64,000 nt of DNA from Candidatus Daviesbacteria bacterium (GCA_016176465.1 JACOXD010000006.1:71878-135877); one strand, 5' to 3'. Positions 27,207 to 37,975 are shown, numbered from the stretch's first letter. Program-made: numbers and translations. The notes: generated from the letters alone by a model not told the origin.

Positions 27207-27971
27207 ATGAAATACTCATATGTACGATCTCTGGCTTGCCCAAGCTGTCTTCAGAGTTTGTCTAAAGGTGTTCATAAAATAAGTTGTCCCCAAACTCATG
27301 CAAAATTTCAGAAAAAGTCTGGGATTTGGGACTTTTTATCTTTTAGAAGAGCTTCTCCCTCCCAAATTGAAAATGAAAGTCAGCACGCAAAAGGACCCTG
27401 GGGCAGAATAAGTGATGGATCTTATGAGATTTTAGCTGCTTTTGCCAGGGGGAATAAAACCCTAGATATTGCTTGTGGTGAAGGCTGGATCGAAGCTTTA
27501 GCACCTGAAACTGTTGGTTTAGATTTTTCTTTATCAGCACTGAAAAAAGCCAAGAAAAATGGAGCTAAAAATTTAGTATGGGGCAATGCCGAACATTTAC
27601 CCTTCTTAGACAATACCTTTGACTTAACGATTAACTCGGGAAGTTTAGAAAATATCGAAAACCCAAAAAAAGCGATCATGGAGATGGCTCGAGTATCCAA
27701 AATGCAAATTATGGTGGTTCATCGAGAATTCAATTTACCTTTTTTTAGATCAGTTCGAAATCTCTTCTCTTTTATTTTAAAAATCAAACATCAACCGGTA
27801 GAGAAACCTCTTCTATTTAGAGAGCTAACTAAAATGCTGGTACAGGCTAACTTAAAAGTAGTTTACAAGGGACATTGGACTCTTCCTTTAAATTACGGTC
27901 GAGCCATTAATTTTCTGCCTGAATTTAGCAAAGTTAATAGCTGTTTTTTTGTAATAACGATAAGGCAGTGA
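27207..27971 (+). CDS. SAM-dependent methyltransferase with an N-terminal Cys4 zinc-ribbon (Trm112-like)
   Basis: N-terminal LACPSCLQSL...ISCPQTHAKF; MTase motifs TLDIACGEGW and FDLTINSGSLENI. The likely start is ATG at 27207 (MKYSYV) rather than 27156. Confidence 0.6.
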   Translation: MKYSYVRSLACPSCLQSLSKGVHKISCPQTHAKFQKKSGIWDFLSFRRASPSQIENESQHAKGPWGRISDGSYEILAAFARGNKTLDIACGEGWIEALAPETVGLDFSLSALKKAKKNGAKNLVWGNAEHLPFLDNTFDLTINSGSLENIENPKKAIMEMARVSKMQIMVVHREFNLPFFRSVRNLFSFILKIKHQPVEKPLLFRELTKMLVQANLKVVYKGHWTLPLNYGRAINFLPEFSKVNSCFFVITIRQ

Positions 27972-28014
27972 ATGAAAATATCAGATTTACTTGGTAAGAT
28001 AAATCTTAAAGCAA

Positions 28015-30681
28015 ATGAAAAAAAGAATAATCAACACCACTATTACTTTTTCCCACTTAATTATCTTCTCTCTACTTTCTGCTTTAGTATCTTTTATTTA
28101 TTGGATCTGGGCTGGCAAAGATTATATTTTTGCTAAAACTCCAATAGGTGGAGATTATTTTAATGCCCTTACTTACGCTCAGTTTTTTAAAGATCACTTA
28201 AATCTACCACCCCAAGGTTGGGTACCTTTTTGGAATGAGGGTTCACCAATAATTAGTGGTTATCCTTGGGCTTTTTTTTATCTGCTTTATCCTCTAACTA
28301 AATATTTTGATCTTCCAACAGCCATGGATTATCTTTCCATAGCTTTCTTATTGCTATTTTTTATCTTCTCGCTCACCTTTTTTTATCAAGCTGCAAAAAA
28401 CTGGCTGGTTGCATCCGCTTTTGTGTTAATTCTTCTAATCACCCGTGCTAGTTATTATCCGTTAATGACTGGTGGATTTATCTCATCAGCTTCAGCCATG
28501 TGGTATTTACCAGCTATCTTATTTTTAATTCTAAAGTTTGCAGACTCAAAAAAACAATTTTTTTTAATTCTCGCTTCAATTTTAGAAGGTTTATCATTAA
28601 TTCACCATGCTCCGACCTCTTTACTTATGGTTATCGCTCCAACTACATTAGTATTAGCCTTACTCCCCAACCAAGGAAATATTAAAAAAAGATTTTTTAC
28701 TACCGTTAAATTTCTGATCATCTCTTTTTTAATTGGAGCAATGAGTTTATATACTGTAATCTTACAAGCCTATCTAGGATCAGGTTCCGGAGCCTGCGCA
28801 AGTCCCCAATGTTGGGGAATTTACCCGAAACATTTAATAACTTGGTTAAATCCCCTAACTTTAGGAATCATAGGGGGAGGTGTAATGCTAATCTTAATAA
28901 CCCGAATCATAAAAAGAGATTCTAAATCAGTAGAGTTATTGTTACCTTTACTCCTTGGATTTGCTTTTTTTGTCTTCTACGCAATGCTGGCAAAACTAGA
29001 ACTGATAAACGGCTTCGCCAACGTTATCTTTCCTACTAGAACTTTTTGGGCCGCAAATTTATTTGCATTGGGTATAGGGGCAATATCTTTTAGAATTTTT
29101 AATCTCAAATTTAGGAAAATTGGCCATATTTTAGCCTTAATTATCCTTATTGGCATAGCTATTCCGACTTATCTTTATTCTGTTCCTCCTGACATCCACC
29201 ATGACTTTACAGCTACAGATCCTTTGGATGTAGCCATCTATACAATCCCTAAATACCAAACAAAACAAGTCTCTGAATTAGTAGCGGACTTTGTACCACT
29301 TAATGAAGCAAACTGGAGGCTTGATTCATTTAACCCAGGACTCATACATTGGTGGAACTATGTGGCAACTACTCCCTCAGTGAGGGGGTATTCAAACCAC
29401 CCTGTTGGGAAACTTCGCGATTGGCAATATTTTTTACAAACATCAACCAGAGATCCTCAGGATGAAAACCAAGAATTAATTAAAAACAGAGCTCATTTTT
29501 TGATTGATGCTTTTGGGATAGGATTTAGAGATAATTCTGTAGCAAGTTACCCAATTTCCATCCTTTCTGATCAAAGCCTAATTACTAAATCTTCCCCCCA
29601 AATGCGCAGTTTCTCCTGGATGCAGCTTTCACAGGATAAATTTAGCCCTATTATTTATCCTACTAACTCCCCTGCTGTTTTGTTTATTGGAGACGAAGGA
29701 GGTTATGAGAATTTTTTAAGGGCAATTGCATTAGTTAATTTAAACTCAAAAGTTTTAACTCCGGTCAGAGGTCCAAACGACATAGGAAAAATATCACTAG
29801 ATGAATTAAACCAGTTTGATTTAGTGGTAGCTTATGGCTATAAAGGCAATAACTTCGACAAGATCGCTAGATATGTTAAAAATGGTAAAGCTTTATTTAT
29901 TGACACTGCCTCGGGAAGTGACCAGACACTTAAGAATACTGCTGATATTTTTCCACTTACTAAACTTTCTAAAAGAGAAGTTAAGGAAAGCTGGAAGTCT
30001 GTAATTGTAGGGCGGGAATTTGCTTTGAATGTTGATTCTAAGCTATTTAGCCCCTTCTCTTTTCAAGGAGGTAATTGGAAGTTAAACCTAGCTTCAGAAT
30101 CTAACCTAAGATCTTGGGGTAAAACCATTGTTAAACATAATCAAAATGTATTGATAGCAGGGGGGCAATTAGAAAAAGGTAAAGTTATCTGGAGTGGAGC
30201 CAATCTTTTCTATCATTTGGTTACTAATAATAACTTCGAGGAGGCTAAATTAATTAAAAACATTTTTGATTTTCTTTTACCAGAAGTGCAAGTTAAACCT
30301 GAATATAGCGTTAATCGAATTTCCCCGGAGAAAGCTATTATCGAGGCTAAAAATATCAGGGGTATTTACTTTAAAGAGAATTTTGACTTGGGATGGAGGG
30401 CAAAAATGAATGATCAATCTTTGAAAATTTATCCGGCTGGTATGGGTTTTATGTATGTACCTCTTAAGAAAGAAGTTAAAGAAGCTACCATCTCTTTAGA
30501 TTATGGGGGAAGTTTACTAGCCTGGTTGCTCTTTTTGATAAGTATCATCTCTTTTGTTTTTACCCTAATCTATTTACTACTTCCAAAACCTTTTATACTT
30601 ATATCCAGCGCCATCCAAAAACCAATTATAGAAAGATTTAATAAAAAAGTTAAGGAGTTACTTAAAGAAGAAGATGAGTAA
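28015..30681 (+). CDS. Large polytopic membrane protein, YfhO-like (GT-C-type glycopolymer glycosyltransferase candidate), paralog 1
   Basis: About 13 predicted TM helices in the first ~400 aa, then a ~430 aa extracytoplasmic domain, a C-terminal TM (LLAWLLFLISIISFVFTLIYLL) and an acidic tail KELLKEEDE. It is paralogous to 37972..40845 and 40818..43706. Confidence 0.5.
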   Translation: MKKRIINTTITFSHLIIFSLLSALVSFIYWIWAGKDYIFAKTPIGGDYFNALTYAQFFKDHLNLPPQGWVPFWNEGSPIISGYPWAFFYLLYPLTKYFDLPTAMDYLSIAFLLLFFIFSLTFFYQAAKNWLVASAFVLILLITRASYYPLMTGGFISSASAMWYLPAILFLILKFADSKKQFFLILASILEGLSLIHHAPTSLLMVIAPTTLVLALLPNQGNIKKRFFTTVKFLIISFLIGAMSLYTVILQAYLGSGSGACASPQCWGIYPKHLITWLNPLTLGIIGGGVMLILITRIIKRDSKSVELLLPLLLGFAFFVFYAMLAKLELINGFANVIFPTRTFWAANLFALGIGAISFRIFNLKFRKIGHILALIILIGIAIPTYLYSVPPDIHHDFTATDPLDVAIYTIPKYQTKQVSELVADFVPLNEANWRLDSFNPGLIHWWNYVATTPSVRGYSNHPVGKLRDWQYFLQTSTRDPQDENQELIKNRAHFLIDAFGIGFRDNSVASYPISILSDQSLITKSSPQMRSFSWMQLSQDKFSPIIYPTNSPAVLFIGDEGGYENFLRAIALVNLNSKVLTPVRGPNDIGKISLDELNQFDLVVAYGYKGNNFDKIARYVKNGKALFIDTASGSDQTLKNTADIFPLTKLSKREVKESWKSVIVGREFALNVDSKLFSPFSFQGGNWKLNLASESNLRSWGKTIVKHNQNVLIAGGQLEKGKVIWSGANLFYHLVTNNNFEEAKLIKNIFDFLLPEVQVKPEYSVNRISPEKAIIEAKNIRGIYFKENFDLGWRAKMNDQSLKIYPAGMGFMYVPLKKEVKEATISLDYGGSLLAWLLFLISIISFVFTLIYLLLPKPFILISSAIQKPIIERFNKKVKELLKEEDE

Positions 30682-32068
30682 AGAAGAAAAAATCCTAACC
30701 TTTTTAATCTTCTGCCTAGCCATAGTAATTCGAGTTTTCCTTATCTTTAACAAAGATCTTTGGTTTGATGAGGCAATCGCTTACTTTATTGCCATAGAAT
30801 CAATCCCTAATTTAATCCAAGCAGCTTTAGCTGATAACCAACTCCCCTTTTTTTATTTAATTTTGCATTTTTTTATTAAACTGTTGGGAGATAATGAATT
30901 TATTTTAAGATTGCCTTCCCTTTTAGCCAATTTAGCCTCATTGGTACTCATTTATTTATGGGGTAAGCAGTTATTTAAAGATAAAGGTTCTTTTTATTTA
31001 TTAGCATTAGCCAGTTTTTCCCCTTTAATGGTTTATTTTTCTGTTGAAGCCAGACCTTACTCTCTTTTAACCTTGCTTACTCTTTTATCCAGTTTTTTGC
31101 TTGTTAAGTTTATTAAAAAGAGTTCATTTAAGATTGGCTTCGGATTTTTTTTATGTTTATCTCTCTCTTTATATACCCACTATTTTGCTTATCTTTTATT
31201 TATTCCTTATTTTCTGATAGCCTGGATATATGCCAAGAAGGCTTTATTTTACCTGGCAATCTCTTTTCTTATTAGCCTCCCAATCATTAGCAGCTATTTA
31301 TATTTTCCTCATCCAGCAATTTTTTCTATAAACCCACTACTTGGTTTAGTGGCCACTTTTGCTTCATTTTTAATTGGGGGAGTTGGATCAATCAGCTTAA
31401 GAAGCTATCTAATTGACTCTCACATTCTGACTAGATTACTTAACTTCATAACCTTAGCTTTGGGACTATTTTTAGCCTTTAGAGGCACAAAGTTAGCTTT
31501 TAACTCAAACCATCTAAGATCCATCATATTAATCCTTTTTTTGCCTATATTTGCTTGCTTGCTTATCTCTTTTTTTATCCCCCTTTATTCAGCTCGTGCC
31601 TTTTCTTTCCTTGCTCCATATTTTTTTGTCCTATTAATATTTGATCTTAATAAATCCAAAAAAATATTAATTCTACCTTTGCTGGCATTTTTGGTGACCA
31701 TAAACATTTTGCCATTTATTGACCCCAAACTTTCTTATCCTCAAATTAAACACGCGACAAAGGCAATTGGCGATCAAAATACTATTTTGCACACCAGTGT
31801 ATTAACTTATTATCCATTTAAGTTTTACTCACCAAAACAGTCATTACTTATTGCTCAGAATCCTCTCTCTAGTAAAACTATAGAGATTATTGGTGGAAAG
31901 ATTAGTCAAATTCCTCTAAAAAAAGAGATTTATTTAGTTAATATAGACTATGGAAACAATCCAAGAGAAGTACTTAGAGTAAATAAAATTATAGAAAAAG
32001 AATACAGACTGATTGGCCAAAAGAGGTTAGGCTCTATAACCTTGTACCATTACAATCAGCATCAATAG
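30674..32068 (+). CDS. GT-C family membrane glycosyltransferase (PMT_2/ArnT-like)
   Basis: Polytopic; first extracytoplasmic loop DLWFDEAIAYFIA (the DE motif of ArnT/PMT-type GT-C). It overlaps the upstream paralog-1 gene by 8 bp. Confidence 0.5.
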   Translation: MSKEEKILTFLIFCLAIVIRVFLIFNKDLWFDEAIAYFIAIESIPNLIQAALADNQLPFFYLILHFFIKLLGDNEFILRLPSLLANLASLVLIYLWGKQLFKDKGSFYLLALASFSPLMVYFSVEARPYSLLTLLTLLSSFLLVKFIKKSSFKIGFGFFLCLSLSLYTHYFAYLLFIPYFLIAWIYAKKALFYLAISFLISLPIISSYLYFPHPAIFSINPLLGLVATFASFLIGGVGSISLRSYLIDSHILTRLLNFITLALGLFLAFRGTKLAFNSNHLRSIILILFLPIFACLLISFFIPLYSARAFSFLAPYFFVLLIFDLNKSKKILILPLLAFLVTINILPFIDPKLSYPQIKHATKAIGDQNTILHTSVLTYYPFKFYSPKQSLLIAQNPLSSKTIEIIGGKISQIPLKKEIYLVNIDYGNNPREVLRVNKIIEKEYRLIGQKRLGSITLYHYNQHQ

Positions 32069-32091
32069 TATAATCCCTCTGCCCTTAAACC

Positions 32092-33219
32092 ATGAATATA
32101 AAAATCGCGGTTATAACTGAATCTATTAACAATCATTCAGGCGCCAGGGCTCCGCTTGAGCTGGCAAAAAATTTATCCTTGCTTGGAAATGAGATAAGAG
32201 TTTATTCCTATAATAACAACTTAGATAAAACCGCCCTAAAGGAGCTTAAGGCAAGTAAAGTTACAGCTTCTTTATTATCCAAGATTAGGACTCCTTTTCT
32301 TAGTAGGAGTCTTCCCGATTTAAGATTAACTAAAAAAATTTGGCAAGATAAACCCCAAGTAATTATCTTTTGCGGCTCTTTTCCCTCATTTTGGGGGTCT
32401 AGATTAACCTTTATACCTTTAATCCGTATCTATATGGGAACACAATTCGGAGCTTTTAAAGAAAATTTTTTGCCAAACACTAAACTCTCACCTATTCAGC
32501 TAGCAATTAACCTTTTGACTGATTGCTTTATCTTTTTAACAGAACTACTTATGGTTTATTCTGCCAGTTACGTTATTGCAATTTCTAACTACGCGGCAGT
32601 TGAGCTAAAAAGGCTTTACAACAAAAAAGCTAATAAAGTAATTTATTTAGGGGGTAACCACTTAAGACATACAAAACCCTCTAAGTTTAGAAAAATAAGT
32701 AATTTAATCTCAGTCTCTCGAATAACTCCTTATAAGGGCCTCCATCTATTAATCGATTCATTAAGGGATTATTTAATAAAAAATAATCTGACTTTTACAA
32801 TTGTAGGCACCAAAGTTAAGGCAAACTATTTTAAATACCTTAAAAAGATTGCTGGAAGAGGAATTAAATTTGTAATTAACCCCTCGGACAAAGAGTTAGC
32901 AAAGCTCTACGAACAATCAGATCTATATATTAGTGCTGATAAATACCTATTTTTTGGCTTACCCATATCTGAGGTGGCTTTTTTTGCTAAACCGGCAATT
33001 TCCCTTGATTTTGGAGCAGCTAAGGAGTTAATCAATAATAATCAAACTGGGTTTATTGCTAAAAACACAAATGAGTTAGTTCCGCTTATAGACAAACTTT
33101 TAAAGAAGCCGAGTTTAAGAGTTAAAATGGGGCAAAATGCAAAAAAAAGAGCAAGTCAACTTTTTAACTGGAGAGAGATAAGTCTAATATACTTAAGATT
33201 CATTAAGTCTATTTTATGA
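32092..33219 (+). CDS. GT4 (GT-B) glycosyltransferase
   Basis: C-terminal region FGLPISEVAFFAKPAISLDFGAAKELINNNQTGF is GT4-like. Confidence 0.65.
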   Translation: MNIKIAVITESINNHSGARAPLELAKNLSLLGNEIRVYSYNNNLDKTALKELKASKVTASLLSKIRTPFLSRSLPDLRLTKKIWQDKPQVIIFCGSFPSFWGSRLTFIPLIRIYMGTQFGAFKENFLPNTKLSPIQLAINLLTDCFIFLTELLMVYSASYVIAISNYAAVELKRLYNKKANKVIYLGGNHLRHTKPSKFRKISNLISVSRITPYKGLHLLIDSLRDYLIKNNLTFTIVGTKVKANYFKYLKKIAGRGIKFVINPSDKELAKLYEQSDLYISADKYLFFGLPISEVAFFAKPAISLDFGAAKELINNNQTGFIAKNTNELVPLIDKLLKKPSLRVKMGQNAKKRASQLFNWREISLIYLRFIKSIL

Positions 33220-34970
33220 AGAAACCCATTTATATTTTAGGGATCAGTGAAAGTCACTGCGCCAGCGCAGCTTTACTTAAGGATGGTGAGCTGATCGCTT
33301 GTGTGTCAGAGGAAAGATTCACTAGAAAAAAATTACAATCAGGCATTCCTAAAAATGCAATTAAATATTGTTTTAATTTTGCCAAGATAACTGCATCTGA
33401 TTTATCTTTAGTCGCTTTAGCTGATTTTGAATCACCATTTTTGACTGCTAGGGAGTCTACTTACGACAAATTCAAAATTCTATCCATACTGGGGAAGCCG
33501 GTCTTATGGCTAGAAGAAAAAATAGAGAGAAAAGTTCCCAATTCCCAGGAACTTTTTTATCGAATTTATAGATTCTTTGCTAAATCGAACCAAACGCAGA
33601 GGCAAAAAAGGAGAATTAAAAAGCTAAAGGCTACAGTTTCTTTACCCTCAGATAAATTTAAGTTTGTCCAGCACCATCTTTGTCATGCCTCTGCGGCATT
33701 GTTTTCCTCTCCTTTACCCTCAAAGGAAAAAGAAGCACTCATTTTTACTTGCGATGGTGTAGGCGATTTTGAATCAGCTACTCTTTCAAAATACAGTGAT
33801 GATCGGATTAAAAAAATAGTCAGTATAAACTCTCAACAATCACTAGGTTTTTTTTATCAACATATCACCCAATTTTTAGGGCTTAAACCAATTGAGGATG
33901 AATATAAAGTCATGGGCCTAGCCCCCTACGCAGATCCGAAAAAAGCATTTCATACATATAAACTACTCTCTCCCTACTTCAAATTTAGCCTTAAGCAAAA
34001 CAAGTGGCAAATATTGGTAAGTGAACATCACCTTCAGGGAAAATTTCCCAAACTACTCCTTAATAAAAGATTTGACCATATCGCCTACTCTGCACAAAGA
34101 ATCATTGAAGAGTTACTAATAAGATGGGTAAAGAAAGCGCTAGAGGAATTTAAAATTAATAACCTAGTATTTGGTGGAGGAGTTTTCGCTAATGTTAAAG
34201 TAAATCAAAAAATTGCCAGCCTGGATAGAGTTAATAGCTCCTTTTTCATGCCCTCACCTGGTGATGAATCAAACGCCATAGGTGGTGCATTTTACTCTTA
34301 CTTTCAATTAACAGGGCAAAAACCCAAGCCTATCTCACATCTTTATCTTGGCCCACAGTTTTCGGAAAAAGAGATAAAACGATCTTTAAAAGGAAAATCA
34401 AAGTATAAGGTAGAAAAAATAAGTGACATCAATAGTACTCTTGCTAGGTTATTAGCTAAAGGAGAGGTAGTAGCTCGTTTTGCTGGTAGAATGGAATATG
34501 GAGCAAGAGCTTTAGGTAATCGTTCAATTTTAGCTAATCCTAAAAATCCATCCATAGTAGAATTCATCAATTCTGCTATTAAAAACAGAGATTTTTGGAT
34601 GCCTTTTGCCCCAACGATTTTAAGAAGCAATGCCAAGAAGTATTTAAAAATTCACTCAAGTGATTCTTTATTTATGAATGTTTCATTTGAAACAACAAAA
34701 AAAGCCTGGGAAGATTTAGCCGCGGCTTTGCATCCTTTTGATAAGACAACCAGACCTCAAATTCTGGATCAAGAGATAAATCCTAGCTACTATGATTTAA
34801 TTAAAAAATTTGAAAAACTTACTGGAGTGGGAGCAATACTTAATACTTCTTTTAATCTTCACGGTGAGCCGTTAGTTGCTAGCCCAGAAGATGCACTTCG
34901 GGTTTTTGACTCATCTAAGCTAAAATATCTTGCTCTGGAAAATATTTTAATAGAAAAAAAAGATGGGTAA
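33216..34970 (+). CDS. Carbamoyltransferase (NodU/CmcH/NovN family O-carbamoyltransferase)
   Basis: N-terminal ILGISESHCASAALLKDGELIACVSEERFTRKK (the YqgF/Kae1-like Carbam_trans_N signature) and HHLCHAASA. A 584 aa length is typical of the family. Confidence 0.8.
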   Translation: MKKPIYILGISESHCASAALLKDGELIACVSEERFTRKKLQSGIPKNAIKYCFNFAKITASDLSLVALADFESPFLTARESTYDKFKILSILGKPVLWLEEKIERKVPNSQELFYRIYRFFAKSNQTQRQKRRIKKLKATVSLPSDKFKFVQHHLCHASAALFSSPLPSKEKEALIFTCDGVGDFESATLSKYSDDRIKKIVSINSQQSLGFFYQHITQFLGLKPIEDEYKVMGLAPYADPKKAFHTYKLLSPYFKFSLKQNKWQILVSEHHLQGKFPKLLLNKRFDHIAYSAQRIIEELLIRWVKKALEEFKINNLVFGGGVFANVKVNQKIASLDRVNSSFFMPSPGDESNAIGGAFYSYFQLTGQKPKPISHLYLGPQFSEKEIKRSLKGKSKYKVEKISDINSTLARLLAKGEVVARFAGRMEYGARALGNRSILANPKNPSIVEFINSAIKNRDFWMPFAPTILRSNAKKYLKIHSSDSLFMNVSFETTKKAWEDLAAALHPFDKTTRPQILDQEINPSYYDLIKKFEKLTGVGAILNTSFNLHGEPLVASPEDALRVFDSSKLKYLALENILIEKKDG

Positions 34971-35661
34971 ATTTTACGACAACCAATACTTTAAAGATCG
35001 TGACTTTTTAGCTACTCATTTAGCTGAAGCTGTGGTGATTTTACTTAAATCACATAAGTTAAGAAAAATTTTGGATGTAGGATGTGGTACGGGCCGTTTG
35101 GTTAAATATTTAAATGATGTCGGGTTTGTGGCTAAAGGCGTTGACTTATCACCTATAGCTGTTAAAAAAGCTAAGGCTTTGGTTAAGAAAAAAAATACTA
35201 TTTTTAAAACTTCAGCCACCAAGCTACCATTTAAAAATAAATCTTTTGATTTAGTGATCGCCATTTCAGTTATTGAGCATATTAGCAATCTAGCGGTAGA
35301 AAAATTTCTTAAAGAAACTCATCGGATTTTAAAGCCAAAGGGGTTTATATTTTTAATTACTCCAAATCTTTCTACCCCAATCAGGCTTGTGCAAGGGAAA
35401 AATTGGTTTGCTTATAAAGATCCTACTCACATTAATTTTTATACTCCTTTAGGAATCGCTAGACAGTTAAAAGAAAATAACTTTCAAAGAATTAAGTTTT
35501 GGGCGAAGACTAAATACAATCAAAGCTTTGACTATGAATTTCCCACAGTTTACGCTAAATTACCTAGATTTCTGAAGATGTTTTTTATTTATTTATTCTT
35601 TTCTACTCCTATTGCCTTGATTAGAAACGCTGTTTGGATAATTGCTCAAAAAAATGACTAA
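34963..35661 (+). CDS. Class I SAM-dependent methyltransferase
   Basis: ILDVGCGTGRLVKYL (motif I), FDLVIAISVIEHI, and LKPKGFIFLITPN. Confidence 0.7.
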   Translation: MGKFYDNQYFKDRDFLATHLAEAVVILLKSHKLRKILDVGCGTGRLVKYLNDVGFVAKGVDLSPIAVKKAKALVKKKNTIFKTSATKLPFKNKSFDLVIAISVIEHISNLAVEKFLKETHRILKPKGFIFLITPNLSTPIRLVQGKNWFAYKDPTHINFYTPLGIARQLKENNFQRIKFWAKTKYNQSFDYEFPTVYAKLPRFLKMFFIYLFFSTPIALIRNAVWIIAQKND

Positions 35662-37975
35662 AATAGCCATAATTATAGATAAACTCCAACCTGGGGGAGT
35701 TCAAATAAGTGCGATTGAATACGTTCGCAACTTAAATAAGCTGAATCACCAAGCTAAACTTTTTATCCTAATGAGGGAAGAGATCGATCAAAGCCCCCCT
35801 TTGCTAACATCAGATGTACCCTTTAGTTATCTTTCTGATTCCTATCCCAAACCGTTTAGAAAAAGTATTAAATTTCCTTTTTTTAATTTTTTCTCTACCA
35901 ATCATCTTTGGTCAATACTTTTTGCTCCAAGACAATTTAGTAAAGATAAATTCGACATTATCATCGGAATGGGAGCTTCCACCTGTCTTACTGTAGCCTC
36001 AATCAGTAAATTAAAAAAGATTCCCTATATTGCCATAATTCATGACCCCATAACTTTTATTCTTAAAAAGTGCTACTATGATACTCCCCTAAGGTTTGCA
36101 TTTCCCATACTTTTGCCACTGGGAGAATTTTTGGAAAAAATAATAGTTAAATCAGCCACAAAGACTATTTTAATTTCCAAGGTTCATTTCAATTACTTTG
36201 TATCGAATTTTAAAATCCATCCTTTAATCTTACCCTTAAGCACAGATTTTCCTAAAAGATTATCCTCTAGAAAAAAAGAGCGAATTCTTTCCTTTGGCCG
36301 TTGGGATAATCAAAAAAAACCGGAGTTCTTGATAGAGCTAGCAAAGTCTTTGCCCAAAATTCCCATAACTATTGCTGGCAGCTGGACAAATCCTAAAGAA
36401 TTAGCTGATTTTAAACTAAAGATAGTTCAATCAAAACTTACAGATCAAATTCAAGTTACCCAAAGCTATACTAAAACTAAATTAGCTAGACTATGTCGTC
36501 AAGCCCTTGTCTGGGTTTATCCTAGCTTTGAATCATTTAGTCTTTCAGCATTGGAAGCAACATCTTTCGGATTACCTATTATTATCCCCGCCAAATCAGG
36601 TATAACTGAGTATTTTGAACATGGAATTCACGGTTTTTTTCCTAAAGGCTTGGATTTAAATGAATATAAAAAATACATTTTGAAACTACTTAGAGATAGA
36701 AGTCTTGCTGAGAGAATGGGTAACCTAGCCTACAAAACTGCCAAAAGTAAGTTTTCATCTCTAGCTAATACTAAAGATTTGCTAACTTCAGTTAATACAA
36801 TCTTAAATAAAGATAATCCAAGGATATTTGTCTTGGAAACTGCACACACTAAAGAAGCAACTCCAGCTGGCGGAGACTTACTTATGCGACCGATGGCTGA
36901 AAAGTTAAAAGAAAAGTTTAAATTTACAATTATTGTACCCAAAATTGCTAATAAATATTGGCAAGAAAGTCCAATCCATAAAGAAATTATCTCCCTCCCT
37001 CGGACTTCTCTTGATAATTCTGTTAATCCTTTTTCTATTTTTATCAATTATGTAATAAGAATAGTAAAATCAACGAAGATTTTACTTAATAACTCAAAAA
37101 AAGATACTATTTACTCATCAACTGATATTTTGACAGACACTTTCCCGGCTTTTATAACTAAGCTTATTCATAAAGATAGTAGGTGGATTGCAAGAGTACA
37201 CCACCTTATACCTCCCCCTCTTAACAGAGAAGGCAATTTTCTGGTTAATTTAATCTCTTTTTTACTACAGAGGATTTCAATTAATTTAATTAAACTTCAG
37301 GCTGATTCAATTTTAGCTTTAAATGATAATTTAAGAATAAACTTAGATAAATTGGGGTTACCCAAAGCTAAATTAAGGGTGTTGGGTGCTGGAATAAATT
37401 ATCATGATATATCCTCTCAAAAGGTCCTTACTAATACTAAATCATATGATGGTGTCTTCTTGGGTAGGTTACACCGTACTAAGGGGGTCTTTGATTTGAT
37501 CCCGATTTGGAAAGAGGTCGTTAAGAAATATCCAAAAGCTAGACTGGGAATTATTGGCAAAAGCTATGATAGTACACCTTTAAAACTAAAGAGACAGATT
37601 CAAAAATCAAATCTTCAAAAAAATATCTTCCTACTAGGTTACTTAAAAGAGAAAGAAAAAATTTCTATCTTAAAAAAAGCTAAGGTATTTTTATTTACTG
37701 ATCATGAAGCTGGTTTTGGGATAGCGGTTGCTGAAGCTATGGCAGCAGGACTACCTGTTGTCGGTTGGGACATTGGAATATTAGGGAATGTATATAAAGC
37801 AGGTTATCTTTGTAGCAAAAAAGGAGATTATCAAGATTTTGGGTTAAATATAACTAAATTGCTAGAGAATGGTCAAACTTACAAGAAAGTTTCTAGCTCT
37901 GCTCGCAGGGTAGCCTCGGGATTAGATTGGAGTAAAACATCTAATCAGTTTTTGAAAATTGCAGAACAAATTTAG
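35654..37975 (+). CDS. Tandem double GT4-domain glycosyltransferase (777 aa)
   Basis: Two GT4 C-terminal signatures, ESFSLSALEATSFGLPIIIPAKSGITEYF (~residue 300) and EAGFGIAVAEAMAAGLPVVGWDIGILGNV (~residue 700). The likely start is ATG at 35654 (MTKIAII). Confidence 0.6.
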   Translation: MTKIAIIIDKLQPGGVQISAIEYVRNLNKLNHQAKLFILMREEIDQSPPLLTSDVPFSYLSDSYPKPFRKSIKFPFFNFFSTNHLWSILFAPRQFSKDKFDIIIGMGASTCLTVASISKLKKIPYIAIIHDPITFILKKCYYDTPLRFAFPILLPLGEFLEKIIVKSATKTILISKVHFNYFVSNFKIHPLILPLSTDFPKRLSSRKKERILSFGRWDNQKKPEFLIELAKSLPKIPITIAGSWTNPKELADFKLKIVQSKLTDQIQVTQSYTKTKLARLCRQALVWVYPSFESFSLSALEATSFGLPIIIPAKSGITEYFEHGIHGFFPKGLDLNEYKKYILKLLRDRSLAERMGNLAYKTAKSKFSSLANTKDLLTSVNTILNKDNPRIFVLETAHTKEATPAGGDLLMRPMAEKLKEKFKFTIIVPKIANKYWQESPIHKEIISLPRTSLDNSVNPFSIFINYVIRIVKSTKILLNNSKKDTIYSSTDILTDTFPAFITKLIHKDSRWIARVHHLIPPPLNREGNFLVNLISFLLQRISINLIKLQADSILALNDNLRINLDKLGLPKAKLRVLGAGINYHDISSQKVLTNTKSYDGVFLGRLHRTKGVFDLIPIWKEVVKKYPKARLGIIGKSYDSTPLKLKRQIQKSNLQKNIFLLGYLKEKEKISILKKAKVFLFTDHEAGFGIAVAEAMAAGLPVVGWDIGILGNVYKAGYLCSKKGDYQDFGLNITKLLENGQTYKKVSSSARRVASGLDWSKTSNQFLKIAEQI

